This document shows positions 50,101 to 60,029 of a stretch of DNA of 62,341 nucleotides, one piece after another. Made by a program: the position numbers and the translations under genes. Position 1 is the first letter of the stretch; every line of letters begins with the position of its first letter. Source of the DNA: Bdellovibrionota bacterium (lineage in GTDB: Bacteria > Bdellovibrionota_C > UBA2361 > OMII01); assembly GCA_044345405.1 (NCBI GenBank), contig JBIJBE010000021.1, positions 1 to 62,341 on the forward strand, given 5' to 3'. The notes beneath the pieces are model-generated. The model saw nothing but the letters and a program-made list of their open reading frames with translations, made no database searches and had not been told where the DNA came from.

Positions 50101-50222
50101 GGAGGGCGACCATTCCTGGTCGCCATACTATCGCGCATCGCAAATGACTATCACTGCACGCAACCGCTCGGCGCGCAGGCTTGTCCCCCATAGCGAAGCG
50201 ACGGGGGGAATGACCGCCCTCC
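50101..50222. repeat. Inverted REP pair (REPIN); right copy carries a nested hairpin
   Basis: GGAG-GGCGACCA-TTCC-TGGTCGCC at 50101; inverted copy 50170-50222 interrupted by CTTGTCCCCCATAGCGAAGCGACGGGG. Confidence 0.75.
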
Positions 50223-50251
50223 CGATTCAAGGGTCGTGACGAAGACGCCCC

Positions 50252-51193
50252 CTACGCCCCCGAAGCCTTAGCCGCCTTCGGTGCTTTAGCGACAGGCTCA
50301 GCTGACTTCCTGCCCTCAAGCATAATCACCACCGACGATACGATGAAGATCGTTGAGTACGAGCCGAGCAAGATTCCCGCGCAAAGGTAAAGACTCAAAT
50401 CCTTAATGTCCCCATCCGCGAAGACGTAGAGAGCCAACGCGGAGAAGAACGTGAGAAGATGCGTAATAACTGTTCGCGAAAGGGTGAAGTTAAGGGCCTC
50501 GTTGACGATATCCACGAGCTTTGCGCCCTTCTTCTTATTTCGCTGCTCGCGCACCCGGTCAAATACCACAACGGTATCGTTTACCGAGTAACCCACAATC
50601 GTAAGAGCGCCCGCGAGGGTTGCCATGCCGATGATGTGCCCTGAGAGAAGATAGATGCCTGTCGCAATCACGACGTCATGTACCAACGCCACGATCGTTC
50701 CGACGCCCACCGCGAATTCAAACCGAATAGCGATGTAGACCAGCATCCCAAGGATACCGAGACTAACCGCCCAAAGAGCGCTCGTACGAAGTTCACGACC
50801 AACCGTTGGACCGACGTAGTCCGTCTTTTGAATGGTGAACGCGTCGCCGAAGGACGCTTTGAGGGCACCTTCAACTTTTCCTCTCACCGCGTCCGCGTCA
50901 CCAGCCTCACCAAGGCGGATGGAGTACTCGTTCTTCGCTCCCTGGAAGGCCTGAACGCGCGCGCCCTCAATATTCTGCGCGGCGAGTCCACTTCGAATCT
51001 TCTCGCTATCAAAATCCCCGTTGAAAGACACAAGAAACTCGTGCCCACCGAGGAAATCGGTGCCGTATTTCTCGTCTCCACTTTGAGCGAAAATATAGAC
51101 CGAAGCGATAAATGCCACCAACGACAGAAGCATGCACACGAAGCGCTTGCCCATGAAGTCGATCTTGGCGTTAGTTGGAATCAGCTCTTTCAT
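50252..51193 (-). CDS. secF: Protein translocase subunit SecF
   Basis: GTDFLGG, IRFE, HDV, GYSVNDTVVVFDRVRE. Confidence 0.96.
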   Translation of the reverse strand: MKELIPTNAKIDFMGKRFVCMLLSLVAFIASVYIFAQSGDEKYGTDFLGGHEFLVSFNGDFDSEKIRSGLAAQNIEGARVQAFQGAKNEYSIRLGEAGDADAVRGKVEGALKASFGDAFTIQKTDYVGPTVGRELRTSALWAVSLGILGMLVYIAIRFEFAVGVGTIVALVHDVVIATGIYLLSGHIIGMATLAGALTIVGYSVNDTVVVFDRVREQRNKKKGAKLVDIVNEALNFTLSRTVITHLLTFFSALALYVFADGDIKDLSLYLCAGILLGSYSTIFIVSSVVIMLEGRKSAEPVAKAPKAAKASGA

Positions 51194-51210
51194 GACTACT
51201 ATCCTCTCAC

Positions 51211-52749
51211 TTAGATCGACAATCCCTGCTTACCCTTCAACTCGAAGTAATCGAAGAAGAGCCGCGCCACGAACACCGCGCAGAACACCGTAGTAACCAC
51301 ACCAACCGATAAGGTGACCGCGAAACCTCGAATGGCTCCCGTTCCGAAATAGTACAGAAGGACACCAGCCAGAAGGGTTGTCACGTTAGCGTCGAAGATT
51401 GCGCCGAACGCCTTATCGAAGCCGCTCGATACGGCTACATCACGACCAGCGCCGTTTCGTATCTCGTCGCGAATACGCTCAAAGATAATAACGTTAGAGT
51501 CGACCGCCATACCAATCGTTAGCGCAAGACCCGCAAGACCCGGTAAAGTGAGGGTAGCTCCAAAGAACGACAAGCACGCCATCATGATGACTGCGTTCAA
51601 GATAAGAGTCACCACAGCGACCACACCGGACTTGGCGTAATACACCATCATAAAGAGCGAGATCGCCACGAATCCGATCGCCATGGCGACAACTCCCTTT
51701 TTGACCGACTCGAGACCGAGCGTTGGCCCAACGGTACGTTCCTCAAGAACCGTAAGGGGAGCCGGAAGAGCTCCCGCCTTGAGGACGACCTTGAGCTGAC
51801 GAGCCTCATCCATCGTAAAGCCACCGGAGATACTAGCCTGCCCCCCAGTGATAGCGTCCCGAATCACGGGAGCTGAATAAACCACGCCATCAAGAATGAT
51901 CGCGAGCTGACGGCCCACGTTCTCCGAGGTAATTCGAGCGAAGGTTTGTTGCCCGAGCGAGGAGAGTCGAAGAGAGACCTCAACCTGCCCCTGCTGATCG
52001 AAGTCGACTCGCGCATCAGACACGGCGTCTCCGGTCATGAGCGCTTGGTCCTCAACGACAACCGGCTGCCCCTCTTTATTCTTGAAGGTTACGGTGCCAA
52101 CGCCCTGAGGCGTGTTTGGTCCGGGCACAAGGCGAAACTCAAGCTTAGCGACGGAACCTACAACCTTCTTAACGGCGTTGATGTCCGATACACCAGGCAT
52201 CTGCAAGATGATCCGGTCTTCCCCTGAGCGCTGAATCAACGGCTCGCTCACACCGAACTGGTCAACCCGGTTACGAAGTGTCTCAACGGCCTGCTCAATC
52301 GCGTCGGTTTCGATCTTCTTCGCGGCCATCTCGCCCAACTGATACCGGAGTCGGGGCCGAGAACCATCCATCTCGGTCGACACAAGCGTGAGCTCGGGAG
52401 CCTTTTCCTGAATCGTTGTCTTGGCGGCCTCTAAGGAGGCGTCACTCAAGAGGGTTATTTGGAGCGATTTGTCAGAGCTCACCGTCGACTGAGCTACGGC
52501 GATCTTCTTGCCACGAAGGTCCGACCGTAACCCAGCAAGAAGCGCTTGAAGCCGACTCGTCACCGCCTCACTCGCCTTCACCCCGTACACGAGGTGAACA
52601 CCACCACTGATGTCGAGTCCGAGGGCCATCGGCCGCGTAAACCACTTCTGTGTGAAATTGTCTCTCAGCACGGTCGGCAAAAGCGACAATACCGACAGAA
52701 CAACAACCGCGACGAAAACAATCGTTCTTTGTTGAATATCCCTGACCAT
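51211..52749 (-). CDS. secD: Protein translocase subunit SecD
   Basis: LGLDISGG, RVDQFGVSEP, GMAVDSNVIIFERI. Confidence 0.96.
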   Translation of the reverse strand: MVRDIQQRTIVFVAVVVLSVLSLLPTVLRDNFTQKWFTRPMALGLDISGGVHLVYGVKASEAVTSRLQALLAGLRSDLRGKKIAVAQSTVSSDKSLQITLLSDASLEAAKTTIQEKAPELTLVSTEMDGSRPRLRYQLGEMAAKKIETDAIEQAVETLRNRVDQFGVSEPLIQRSGEDRIILQMPGVSDINAVKKVVGSVAKLEFRLVPGPNTPQGVGTVTFKNKEGQPVVVEDQALMTGDAVSDARVDFDQQGQVEVSLRLSSLGQQTFARITSENVGRQLAIILDGVVYSAPVIRDAITGGQASISGGFTMDEARQLKVVLKAGALPAPLTVLEERTVGPTLGLESVKKGVVAMAIGFVAISLFMMVYYAKSGVVAVVTLILNAVIMMACLSFFGATLTLPGLAGLALTIGMAVDSNVIIFERIRDEIRNGAGRDVAVSSGFDKAFGAIFDANVTTLLAGVLLYYFGTGAIRGFAVTLSVGVVTTVFCAVFVARLFFDYFELKGKQGLSI

Positions 52750-52768
52750 ATCGACTCGCGAATATAAA

Positions 52769-53194
52769 TTAAGCGGCCTCAGCCTTTGACTCACCCTTCT
52801 CAAGCCCAGAGATATGGGATTGAGCGAACTTCACCTTAACGTTCGGCGCGATCTCAACGAACACCCCGTCCTTCTCAACGCTCGCGACACGACCGATGAT
52901 GCCTCCGGTAGTCATGACGGAATCGCCACGCTTGAGCGAATCAAGCAACGCTTTGTGCTTCTTGACCTTCGACTCCTGAGGACGAATCACCATCACCCAA
53001 AAGATGAGGTAACAGACCGCCAACATCGGCAACATGCTAATGAGGGACTGCATGAAGCTTGGTTGCTGATCGGCGGCAGCTGGTGCGGTCGAAAATACCT
53101 GACCACCATCCTGGGCGAGCACGTCACCAGCCACAAAGAATACTCCGACAACAAGAGCGGACCACGCCGCAAGACAAACGATTCTCTTACTCAT
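52769..53194 (-). CDS. yajC: Preprotein translocase subunit YajC
   Basis: IRPQ, LKRGDSVMTTGGIIG; upstream of secD. Confidence 0.93.
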   Translation of the reverse strand: MSKRIVCLAAWSALVVGVFFVAGDVLAQDGGQVFSTAPAAADQQPSFMQSLISMLPMLAVCYLIFWVMVIRPQESKVKKHKALLDSLKRGDSVMTTGGIIGRVASVEKDGVFVEIAPNVKVKFAQSHISGLEKGESKAEAA

Positions 53195-53250
53195 AATTAA
53201 ACACCTGTTTAAACACGAACTTCTGATACCATGAATAGTCCCGGCGCGCA

Positions 53251-54564
53251 CTAGGCCAAGAACTCCTTAACAACCGGCGGCGGAGCTACTGGAATGGTGG
53301 CCTCTCGCCCTGGCCCTACACTCACGAAGCTGACAGGACACTCAAGAAGCCTCGTAAGGGTCTCAACGAATCCATGAACGGTCTTCGGCAGCCCCTCCCA
53401 CGTTCGAACCCCGCTAATATCCTCGGCCCATCCCGGAACCTCGAAGTATACCGCCTCAAGCCCCTCATAGTCCTCGCTCGATGGAGGGAGGTCGTCAACG
53501 AGCTCATCGCCACGCTTGTATCCCGTACCCAACTTGAGGGTCGGCAACCCACTGAGCACATCTAGTTTGGTGAGGATTACGGAGTCGATACCTGAAGTTC
53601 GGATAGCACGCTTCATCGCGACCACATCGAACCATCCACACCGACGCGCGCGTCCAGTGACAGTGCCAAATTCATGTCCCCTCTTACGGACCTCATCCCC
53701 GAGCTCTCCGAGCATCTCGGTCGGGAACGGTCCCTCACCTACTCGTGTGCAGTACGCCTTCGCGATACCCAACACCGAGTCGATCATCTTAGGCCCGATA
53801 CCCACACCGATCGTGGCGGAGCCAGCGATGGTGGATGAAGAGGTAACAAACGGATAGGTACCGTGTACCTGATCGAGAAGAACTCCCTGCGCCCCTTCAA
53901 AGATAACCTTTTCGTTACGACGAAGCGCGTCAAAGATGAGTCGACTTCCGTTCCCCACGAATGGCGCGAGGATCTCGGCCTCCCGCTCAAGTTGAGCCCA
54001 CAACTGATCGAAATCAACGTGTGCCTTACTCTCAAGAACGTATTTGAGGAGTTTATTCTTCTCGTCAACATGAGCCCGCACACGCTCCCGCATGCGGTGC
54101 GGAGTCAGAAGATCAGCGCAACGAATACCGGACCGCTGACTTCGATCCTCGTACGCTGGCCCGATACCGCGACCGGTGGTCCCGATCTTGCTGGCTCCAC
54201 GCGCGAGCTCGCGCGCCTTATCGACGAGGATGTGGTAGTCGAGAACGAGGTGCGCGTCACGGTCAATCACGAGACGTCCTGGGTTAATCTCAGCCCCAGC
54301 GGCGCGAACACGATCGATCTCTGAGAGAAGCACACTTGGATTAAGCACAACTCCCGCGCCCAAAAGACACTTCACATGTGGACGAAGGATCCCGCTCGGA
54401 AGGAGGCTCAAGGCCGTCTTCACTCCATTAACAACGATCGTGTGTCCCGCGTTGTTTCCACCTTGGAAGCGAACGACCCAGTCAGCGCGTTCGGTAAGTA
54501 CATCAACGATCTTTCCCTTACCTTCATCACCCCACTGAGCGCCAACGATCACAATGCTCGACAT
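53251..54564 (-). CDS. purA: Adenylosuccinate synthetase
   Basis: GAQWGDEGKG, GNNAGHT, EFGTVTGR, TKLDVL. Confidence 0.98.
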   Translation of the reverse strand: MSSIVIVGAQWGDEGKGKIVDVLTERADWVVRFQGGNNAGHTIVVNGVKTALSLLPSGILRPHVKCLLGAGVVLNPSVLLSEIDRVRAAGAEINPGRLVIDRDAHLVLDYHILVDKARELARGASKIGTTGRGIGPAYEDRSQRSGIRCADLLTPHRMRERVRAHVDEKNKLLKYVLESKAHVDFDQLWAQLEREAEILAPFVGNGSRLIFDALRRNEKVIFEGAQGVLLDQVHGTYPFVTSSSTIAGSATIGVGIGPKMIDSVLGIAKAYCTRVGEGPFPTEMLGELGDEVRKRGHEFGTVTGRARRCGWFDVVAMKRAIRTSGIDSVILTKLDVLSGLPTLKLGTGYKRGDELVDDLPPSSEDYEGLEAVYFEVPGWAEDISGVRTWEGLPKTVHGFVETLTRLLECPVSFVSVGPGREATIPVAPPPVVKEFLA

Positions 54565-54635
54565 ACCTTCTCCTCAAGGGATTTCACCCTTGTTTTCACG
54601 ACGTCATCCTATACCGAAGTGGCTCAGAGAGCAGC

Positions 54636-55535
54636 CTATTTTTGCCCCGGATATCGACCTAAATTTATCGCTACCTCCAGCTCCCCCGAACCGAGGACCT
54701 TCAACAAACCGATAGTCTCCCGGTCTTCGATGCTGGCATAGGCAAAGATCGAAAACCTCGGAAGGGAGGCAACCTCCGGAAGCTGCGCTACCTTCCTCAA
54801 GGTAAGCTGATGCCCGTTACGGATCGCGGCCGCCATCTCCTCTGGGATCTCTATTCGTGGAATGTGCGGAATAAGCAAGGACCAGTCCTTGAGCTGTCCC
54901 CACGATATCTCTTCCAAGGTGAGCGCGCCGTCTACTGATAATGGACCTGATTTTTCACGGCGAATTGATTCCACCGCCCCACCACATCCAAGCGCCTCAC
55001 CAAGGTCCCTGGCCAACGAACGAACATAGGTACCTGGACTACACTCAACCACATAGCGAAAGGAGTGGTCCGAAACCCTCTCGATATCGAACCGTGAAAC
55101 CGTAACCTCACGAGCGTTCAGTTCGAATTCCTGACCTTCTCGGGTGAGCTTGTGAGCCCGTTTACCTTGCACCTTTATAGCGCTCACCTTCGGTGGCACC
55201 TGCTGAATAGGGCCGATGAACTGGCGAGAGGCCTCAAGCACCTTTTCGAACGCTGGGATATCAGACGATTCGGAAAGGATCTCTCCGGCCATATCATCCG
55301 TCGAGGTTATCACCCCTAAGCGCATGATTCCCGAGTACCGCTTCGTACCGTCAGCGGCGTAGGACGCGACCCTAGTGGCGCCGTTAACCAGAACAACGAG
55401 AAGCCCCGTAGCGTCAGGATCGAGGGTACCAGCATGCCCCACTCGCTCAGCCCCAAGGATCCGTTTTACCCGGCCAACAACACCAGCGGAGGTAATCCCC
55501 GCGGGCTTGTCGACAAGAAGAATTCCACTATGCAT
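54636..55535 (-). CDS. truB: tRNA pseudouridine(55) synthase
   Basis: DKPAG, GHAGTLDP, GTYVRSL. Confidence 0.96.
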   Translation of the reverse strand: MHSGILLVDKPAGITSAGVVGRVKRILGAERVGHAGTLDPDATGLLVVLVNGATRVASYAADGTKRYSGIMRLGVITSTDDMAGEILSESSDIPAFEKVLEASRQFIGPIQQVPPKVSAIKVQGKRAHKLTREGQEFELNAREVTVSRFDIERVSDHSFRYVVECSPGTYVRSLARDLGEALGCGGAVESIRREKSGPLSVDGALTLEEISWGQLKDWSLLIPHIPRIEIPEEMAAAIRNGHQLTLRKVAQLPEVASLPRFSIFAYASIEDRETIGLLKVLGSGELEVAINLGRYPGQK

Positions 55536-56535
55536 GCGTCGTTGCTAACGCCTCTGAAATTTTCGAGCGCAATTCACGCTGAAGGGTCTCTAAATCTTTA
55601 CGCCATCGAAAGGCGGCCGCCGGCTTATGCCCGCCCCCACCGAACTGCTGCGCTACCCACGCGACATCAACGGCGCCCTGACGAGAGCGCAGACTCACTC
55701 TCCACATATCGACATCTTGCTTGAAGAGCGCCGATACGCGAACACCCTCGATATCTCTCGCACGCTCAGCGAGCGAGTCAGCGTCGAGAAGATCGGCCCC
55801 GAGACGCTTAAGCATCTCTTGCGTCACCGTAACCTCGGCGAACTTTCCACCTTCGTGAAGCGCTACACCGGACATCGCCTCCGCTTGCAAACGGACAGCG
55901 GCGAGGGAGTGATTCGCGAAGAGCTCCTGCGTAAGGATATCGGGACGAGCTCCACGGTCAACCAACTCTCCCGCGACACGGAAGGTGGTAGCTGTGGTGC
56001 TTGGGTAACGGAACGATCCCGTGTCACCGATGATACCGGCGAGCAAACACTTCGCGCTCTCGGTCGTAATGATGTCGTTGCGGCCCGTTCGAGCCTCAAG
56101 GCCGCGCAGAATATTGAAGATCAACTCCGAGGTGCTGCTCGCCCCGTCGACAACGTAGTTCGCGTGACCGAAGAGGGAATTGCCGGTGTGATGATCGATA
56201 TTCACAACCTTAGGAGCGGATCTGATAATGGGAAGATAGGTATCGCCCACCCGCTCCGCGGCGCCGCAGTCACAAATGACGACAACCTCGTCCTCGGCGA
56301 AGGTCGTTGGTAGATCCTTCGCTACGGAGGAGGCGCCCGGGATTACAGCGTATCGGGGGATATACCCGCTCTCGTTAAAGACCCGAACCGAAAGTCCGAA
56401 CGCCTTCAACCCCTGGGCGAGACCGCACGAAGAACCGTACGCGTCAGCGTCTGGATTCACGTGGGAAACGATAACTACTCGCTTAGCTGCCTGAAGAACA
56501 TCCAACACCTCATCACATCGTGAGTCGAGTGTCAT
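55528..56535 (-). CDS. nrnA: DHH/DHHA1 oligoribonuclease/pAp phosphatase
   Basis: HVNPDAD, NIDHH, DTGSF, GGGGHKPAA. Confidence 0.9.
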   Translation of the reverse strand: MTLDSRCDEVLDVLQAAKRVVIVSHVNPDADAYGSSCGLAQGLKAFGLSVRVFNESGYIPRYAVIPGASSVAKDLPTTFAEDEVVVICDCGAAERVGDTYLPIIRSAPKVVNIDHHTGNSLFGHANYVVDGASSTSELIFNILRGLEARTGRNDIITTESAKCLLAGIIGDTGSFRYPSTTATTFRVAGELVDRGARPDILTQELFANHSLAAVRLQAEAMSGVALHEGGKFAEVTVTQEMLKRLGADLLDADSLAERARDIEGVRVSALFKQDVDMWRVSLRSRQGAVDVAWVAQQFGGGGHKPAAAFRWRKDLETLQRELRSKISEALATTHA

Positions 56536-56900
56536 GAGTTCTCCTTGGGACGAATTTTGGCCATGAGCTGCTCGACGTGCTCGACCGTATCAAGCGTATC
56601 ATCGTAATAGAAGCGAAGCTCTGGGGTGAATCGGATACCGAGTTGCTTCGAGCACATCTTACGGAAAAATCCCGCCGCGCTCTCGAAAGCTTCTTGAACC
56701 TCAGCGATTCGCTCGCTACGGTCCGCCTCTCCGAGAAGCGAAACAACCCAGTAGACCTTGGCGTTGCGCAGGTCCGGCGATACCATCACTGAGGTGATAG
56801 TAACCAAGCTGAAGCGCGGGTCAGCAACTCGATTGAGATGCTCCGCGATCAGCTCCTTGATCCGTTCACCAACTTGGAAAACTCTTCTTTGTCCGGACAT
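56532..56900 (-). CDS. rbfA: Ribosome-binding factor A
   Basis: DPR..VTIT, SPDLRNAKVY, PELRFYYD. Confidence 0.95.
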   Translation of the reverse strand: MSGQRRVFQVGERIKELIAEHLNRVADPRFSLVTITSVMVSPDLRNAKVYWVVSLLGEADRSERIAEVQEAFESAAGFFRKMCSKQLGIRFTPELRFYYDDTLDTVEHVEQLMAKIRPKENS

Positions 56901-56922
56901 ACGTAAACTACCCGTTGGCCCC

Positions 56923-59583
56923 CTAGTCGAGAGTTGGCGCGATCTCCTTGAACTCGTACACCTCGATCACGTCCCCGATCTTCACATCGTTGAAGCTCTC
57001 AAGTCCGATACCACACTCGAATCCAGCCTGAACTTCACGAGCGTCATCCTTGAATCGACGGAGGCTCGACATCTTGCCTTCGTGAATAACTCGGTTGTCT
57101 CGCAACAAGCGCGCGTTAGCGTTTCGTCGAACAAGTCCGTTCGTGATGTAACAGCCAGCGATCGTTCCGATCTTCGGAATCGTGAAGGTATCACGCACCT
57201 CAGCGCGGCCGAGGCTCGACTCCTCACGGACCGGCTCAAGCAATCCGACCATCGCGTTCTTCACATCATCAAGGAGTTCGTAAATAACTCGATAGAAGCG
57301 GATCTGAATGCCCAAATTCTCGGCATCAGCGAGCGCTCGTGGCTCTCCACGAACGTTGAATCCGACGATAATAGCGCGGGAAGCGACAGCGAGTTGAACG
57401 TCGCTCTCGTTGATTCCGCCCACGGCCGAGTGAAGCACTCGTACCTTGACCTTCTCTCCGGAGAGCTTCTCGATAGATTGCTTAACCGCCTCTTCCGAGC
57501 CCTGCACATCCGTTTTGAGGATGACGTTGAGCTCTTCAGCAGCCTTGGTACCCGCGCGCTTCGCGAACTCCTCAAGGCTGATAGGACCAGACGCGAGCGA
57601 TCGCTCCTTCTGGGCCTTCATCTCCTGACGATTTGACGAAACCTCTCGAGCGTCGGCCTCAGAATCCACCACCATGAAGTCATCACCTGACTCCGGCATG
57701 CCGTTAAGGCCTGTGATCTCAACCGGCATCGATGGGCCAGCTTCCGTAAGCTTCTCGCCTCGGTAGTCCGTCATCGTTCGGATACGACCATACTCCGCGC
57801 CGCTGATGAAGATATCCCCCATCTTAAGCGTTCCAGCCTGAACCAACACGGTAGCGACAACGCCACGTCCGCGATCGGTACGACTCTCGATGATCGTCCC
57901 CTTCGCGCGACGATCAGGATTGGCCTTCAATTCCTTGACGTCAGCGAGAACGAGGAGGCTCTCGAGGAGCTCCTTGATTCCATCTCCCTTGAGAGCGGAA
58001 ACAGGCATGAACATTGTGTCACCACCCCAGTCCTCAGGCTGCAAACCGAACTCAGCGAGCTGGGTCTTGACCTTGTCAGGATTCGCGTCAGCCTTATCCA
58101 TCTTGTTGATCGCGACGATGATTGGCACTTTCGCGGCTTGCGCGTGGTTGATAGCCTCTCTCGTTTGCGGCATCACGCCGTCATCAGCGGCAACCACAAG
58201 GATGACGATATCCGTAACCTGCGCTCCACGAGCTCGCATCGCGGTGAACGCGGCGTGGCCCGGAGTATCGATGAAGGTGATCGAACGACCATCTTCCGTG
58301 ATAACTCGATACGCGCCGATATGCTGCGTAATTCCTCCAGCCTCCTTAGCGGCCACAGAGGTACTGCGGATTCTGTCGAGAAGAGAGGTCTTTCCGTGGT
58401 CTACGTGACCCATCACCGTCACAACTGGAGCGCGTGGCTGCAAGTTAGCGACATCCTCTTCGACAACATCTTGCAGAATATCTTGCTCGTTGAATTCAAC
58501 GTGCTTGACCTCATAGCCCAACTCATCCGCTACGATCTGCGCGGTATCCTTGTCGATTGCTTGATTGATCGTCGCCATGACACCAAGACCGAGGAGCTTA
58601 GCGATCACCTCACCTGACTTGAGGCTCATCTGCTTCGCGAGCTCGCCCACCGTAATGGAATCTCCAAGCTCAATAACTCGCTTCGCGACCTTCTGCTTTT
58701 CATGTTCAGCTTGAAGCCCTCTTCGACGATCATCATCCCTACCCCTCGACTTACCGCGACGCATCTCACGACCGCCGTAATCGAGAAGGTCAACGCTACT
58801 AATCTCTCGCTTTCGGCCCTTCTTCGCCGCGCCCTTCTTCTTTCCGCCATCGTCATCACTTTCGAAGACCTCGCGTGGAGCCTCCTTCCCAACTCCGGGG
58901 ACTGGTCGTCGAGAATCAGGAGCGGGCTTAACGACCGGCTTGCGCGCGACGGGAAGTTCAATTCGACCCAGAATGCGAGGACCAACACCAGGACGGGTCT
59001 CTGTGGTTGCCGGAGGTGGCGTGGTTGCCTGTGGCCCCGCCTCTGCCTGCGCGGGAGCCGTCTCTATAACCTCAGCGACCTCAGTAACTTCCTCTTCAAC
59101 TGGCTCAGCTTGACGAACCTCCTCAACCTCTTCAACCAACTCGGGCGCTGGAGGCGCCACCATTTCACGAGCGGCCCCACCATCAGAGGAAAGACTCGCG
59201 GAGGAAGAGAGCGCTGTAGGAACGACGTATTCCTCACCAGCGGATGATGCCGGCTGCGCCATCGAAGGGCCGGACGGAGCCGCCTCTGGTCCGTCATTTG
59301 AGCGACGACGACGAATGACGTTACCTGACCGCTTCTCAACAACAGCCTCGGTCGCGCCCGTCACCTTATCGACGCGGGTGGTCACCACCTCAGAGTTGAT
59401 CTCTTTCGGCGTTCCCATCGCCTGACGAATAATCGCGCGACGAACCGCATCGGCCTCGTCGGCGTCAAGGGAGTGGGAGTGAGAGCTCTTTCCTCGGAAA
59501 CCGAGTTCTTGCGCCTTGGAGAGAACGATTTTGTTATCCACTCCGAGCTCTTTAGCTAATTCGTAAATTCTGATCTTTGACAT
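56923..59583 (-). CDS. infB: Translation initiation factor IF-2
   Basis: [21 protein letters not shown]. Confidence 0.98.
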   Translation of the reverse strand: MSKIRIYELAKELGVDNKIVLSKAQELGFRGKSSHSHSLDADEADAVRRAIIRQAMGTPKEINSEVVTTRVDKVTGATEAVVEKRSGNVIRRRRSNDGPEAAPSGPSMAQPASSAGEEYVVPTALSSSASLSSDGGAAREMVAPPAPELVEEVEEVRQAEPVEEEVTEVAEVIETAPAQAEAGPQATTPPPATTETRPGVGPRILGRIELPVARKPVVKPAPDSRRPVPGVGKEAPREVFESDDDGGKKKGAAKKGRKREISSVDLLDYGGREMRRGKSRGRDDDRRRGLQAEHEKQKVAKRVIELGDSITVGELAKQMSLKSGEVIAKLLGLGVMATINQAIDKDTAQIVADELGYEVKHVEFNEQDILQDVVEEDVANLQPRAPVVTVMGHVDHGKTSLLDRIRSTSVAAKEAGGITQHIGAYRVITEDGRSITFIDTPGHAAFTAMRARGAQVTDIVILVVAADDGVMPQTREAINHAQAAKVPIIVAINKMDKADANPDKVKTQLAEFGLQPEDWGGDTMFMPVSALKGDGIKELLESLLVLADVKELKANPDRRAKGTIIESRTDRGRGVVATVLVQAGTLKMGDIFISGAEYGRIRTMTDYRGEKLTEAGPSMPVEITGLNGMPESGDDFMVVDSEADAREVSSNRQEMKAQKERSLASGPISLEEFAKRAGTKAAEELNVILKTDVQGSEEAVKQSIEKLSGEKVKVRVLHSAVGGINESDVQLAVASRAIIVGFNVRGEPRALADAENLGIQIRFYRVIYELLDDVKNAMVGLLEPVREESSLGRAEVRDTFTIPKIGTIAGCYITNGLVRRNANARLLRDNRVIHEGKMSSLRRFKDDAREVQAGFECGIGLESFNDVKIGDVIEVYEFKEIAPTLD

Positions 59584-59672
59584 GTGCCTTTTGTAATCGC
59601 CGCCGAGAACTCTCCCGATCCGCGAATTCAGTTTTTATTTCCCTCGGAACCCCATTCCTCTATTCAGCTCCG

Positions 59673-60017
59673 TCAGAGCCGAATCTTTTTGGAGCGTCCC
59701 TTTCCAGAGCCCCTGTCCTCAGACGGAGCCACCGAACCTCCCACGCGCGTCATTAACTCCATGACAACCCGCGAAACCTGCGAGGCTTCCAACGAAGCCC
59801 CTTTGAGTCGTAACGCCCGCTCCCACCGCTGTGGTTGCCCCATACGGGACAAGCACTCGATAGAGGCGTGAACGTAACCACCCCGCCCGGGAAGTCGTTG
59901 GTGTTCATCAACAACCAACGAACCTCCCTGAGCGACGAGCCTGATGAGGGTTCGCTTGTCCCCTTTCGAGCGGCAGATACAACACGTGCGCTCAATCGTT
60001 CTCAAGGGAGCCCCCAT
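59673..60017 (-). CDS. ylxR: YlxR (DUF448) RNA-binding protein
   Basis: RTCCICR, LIRL, PGRGGY; lies between nusA and infB. Confidence 0.85.
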   Translation of the reverse strand: MGAPLRTIERTCCICRSKGDKRTLIRLVAQGGSLVVDEHQRLPGRGGYVHASIECLSRMGQPQRWERALRLKGASLEASQVSRVVMELMTRVGGSVAPSEDRGSGKGRSKKIRL

Positions 60018-60029
60018 CGGCCTCCGACA

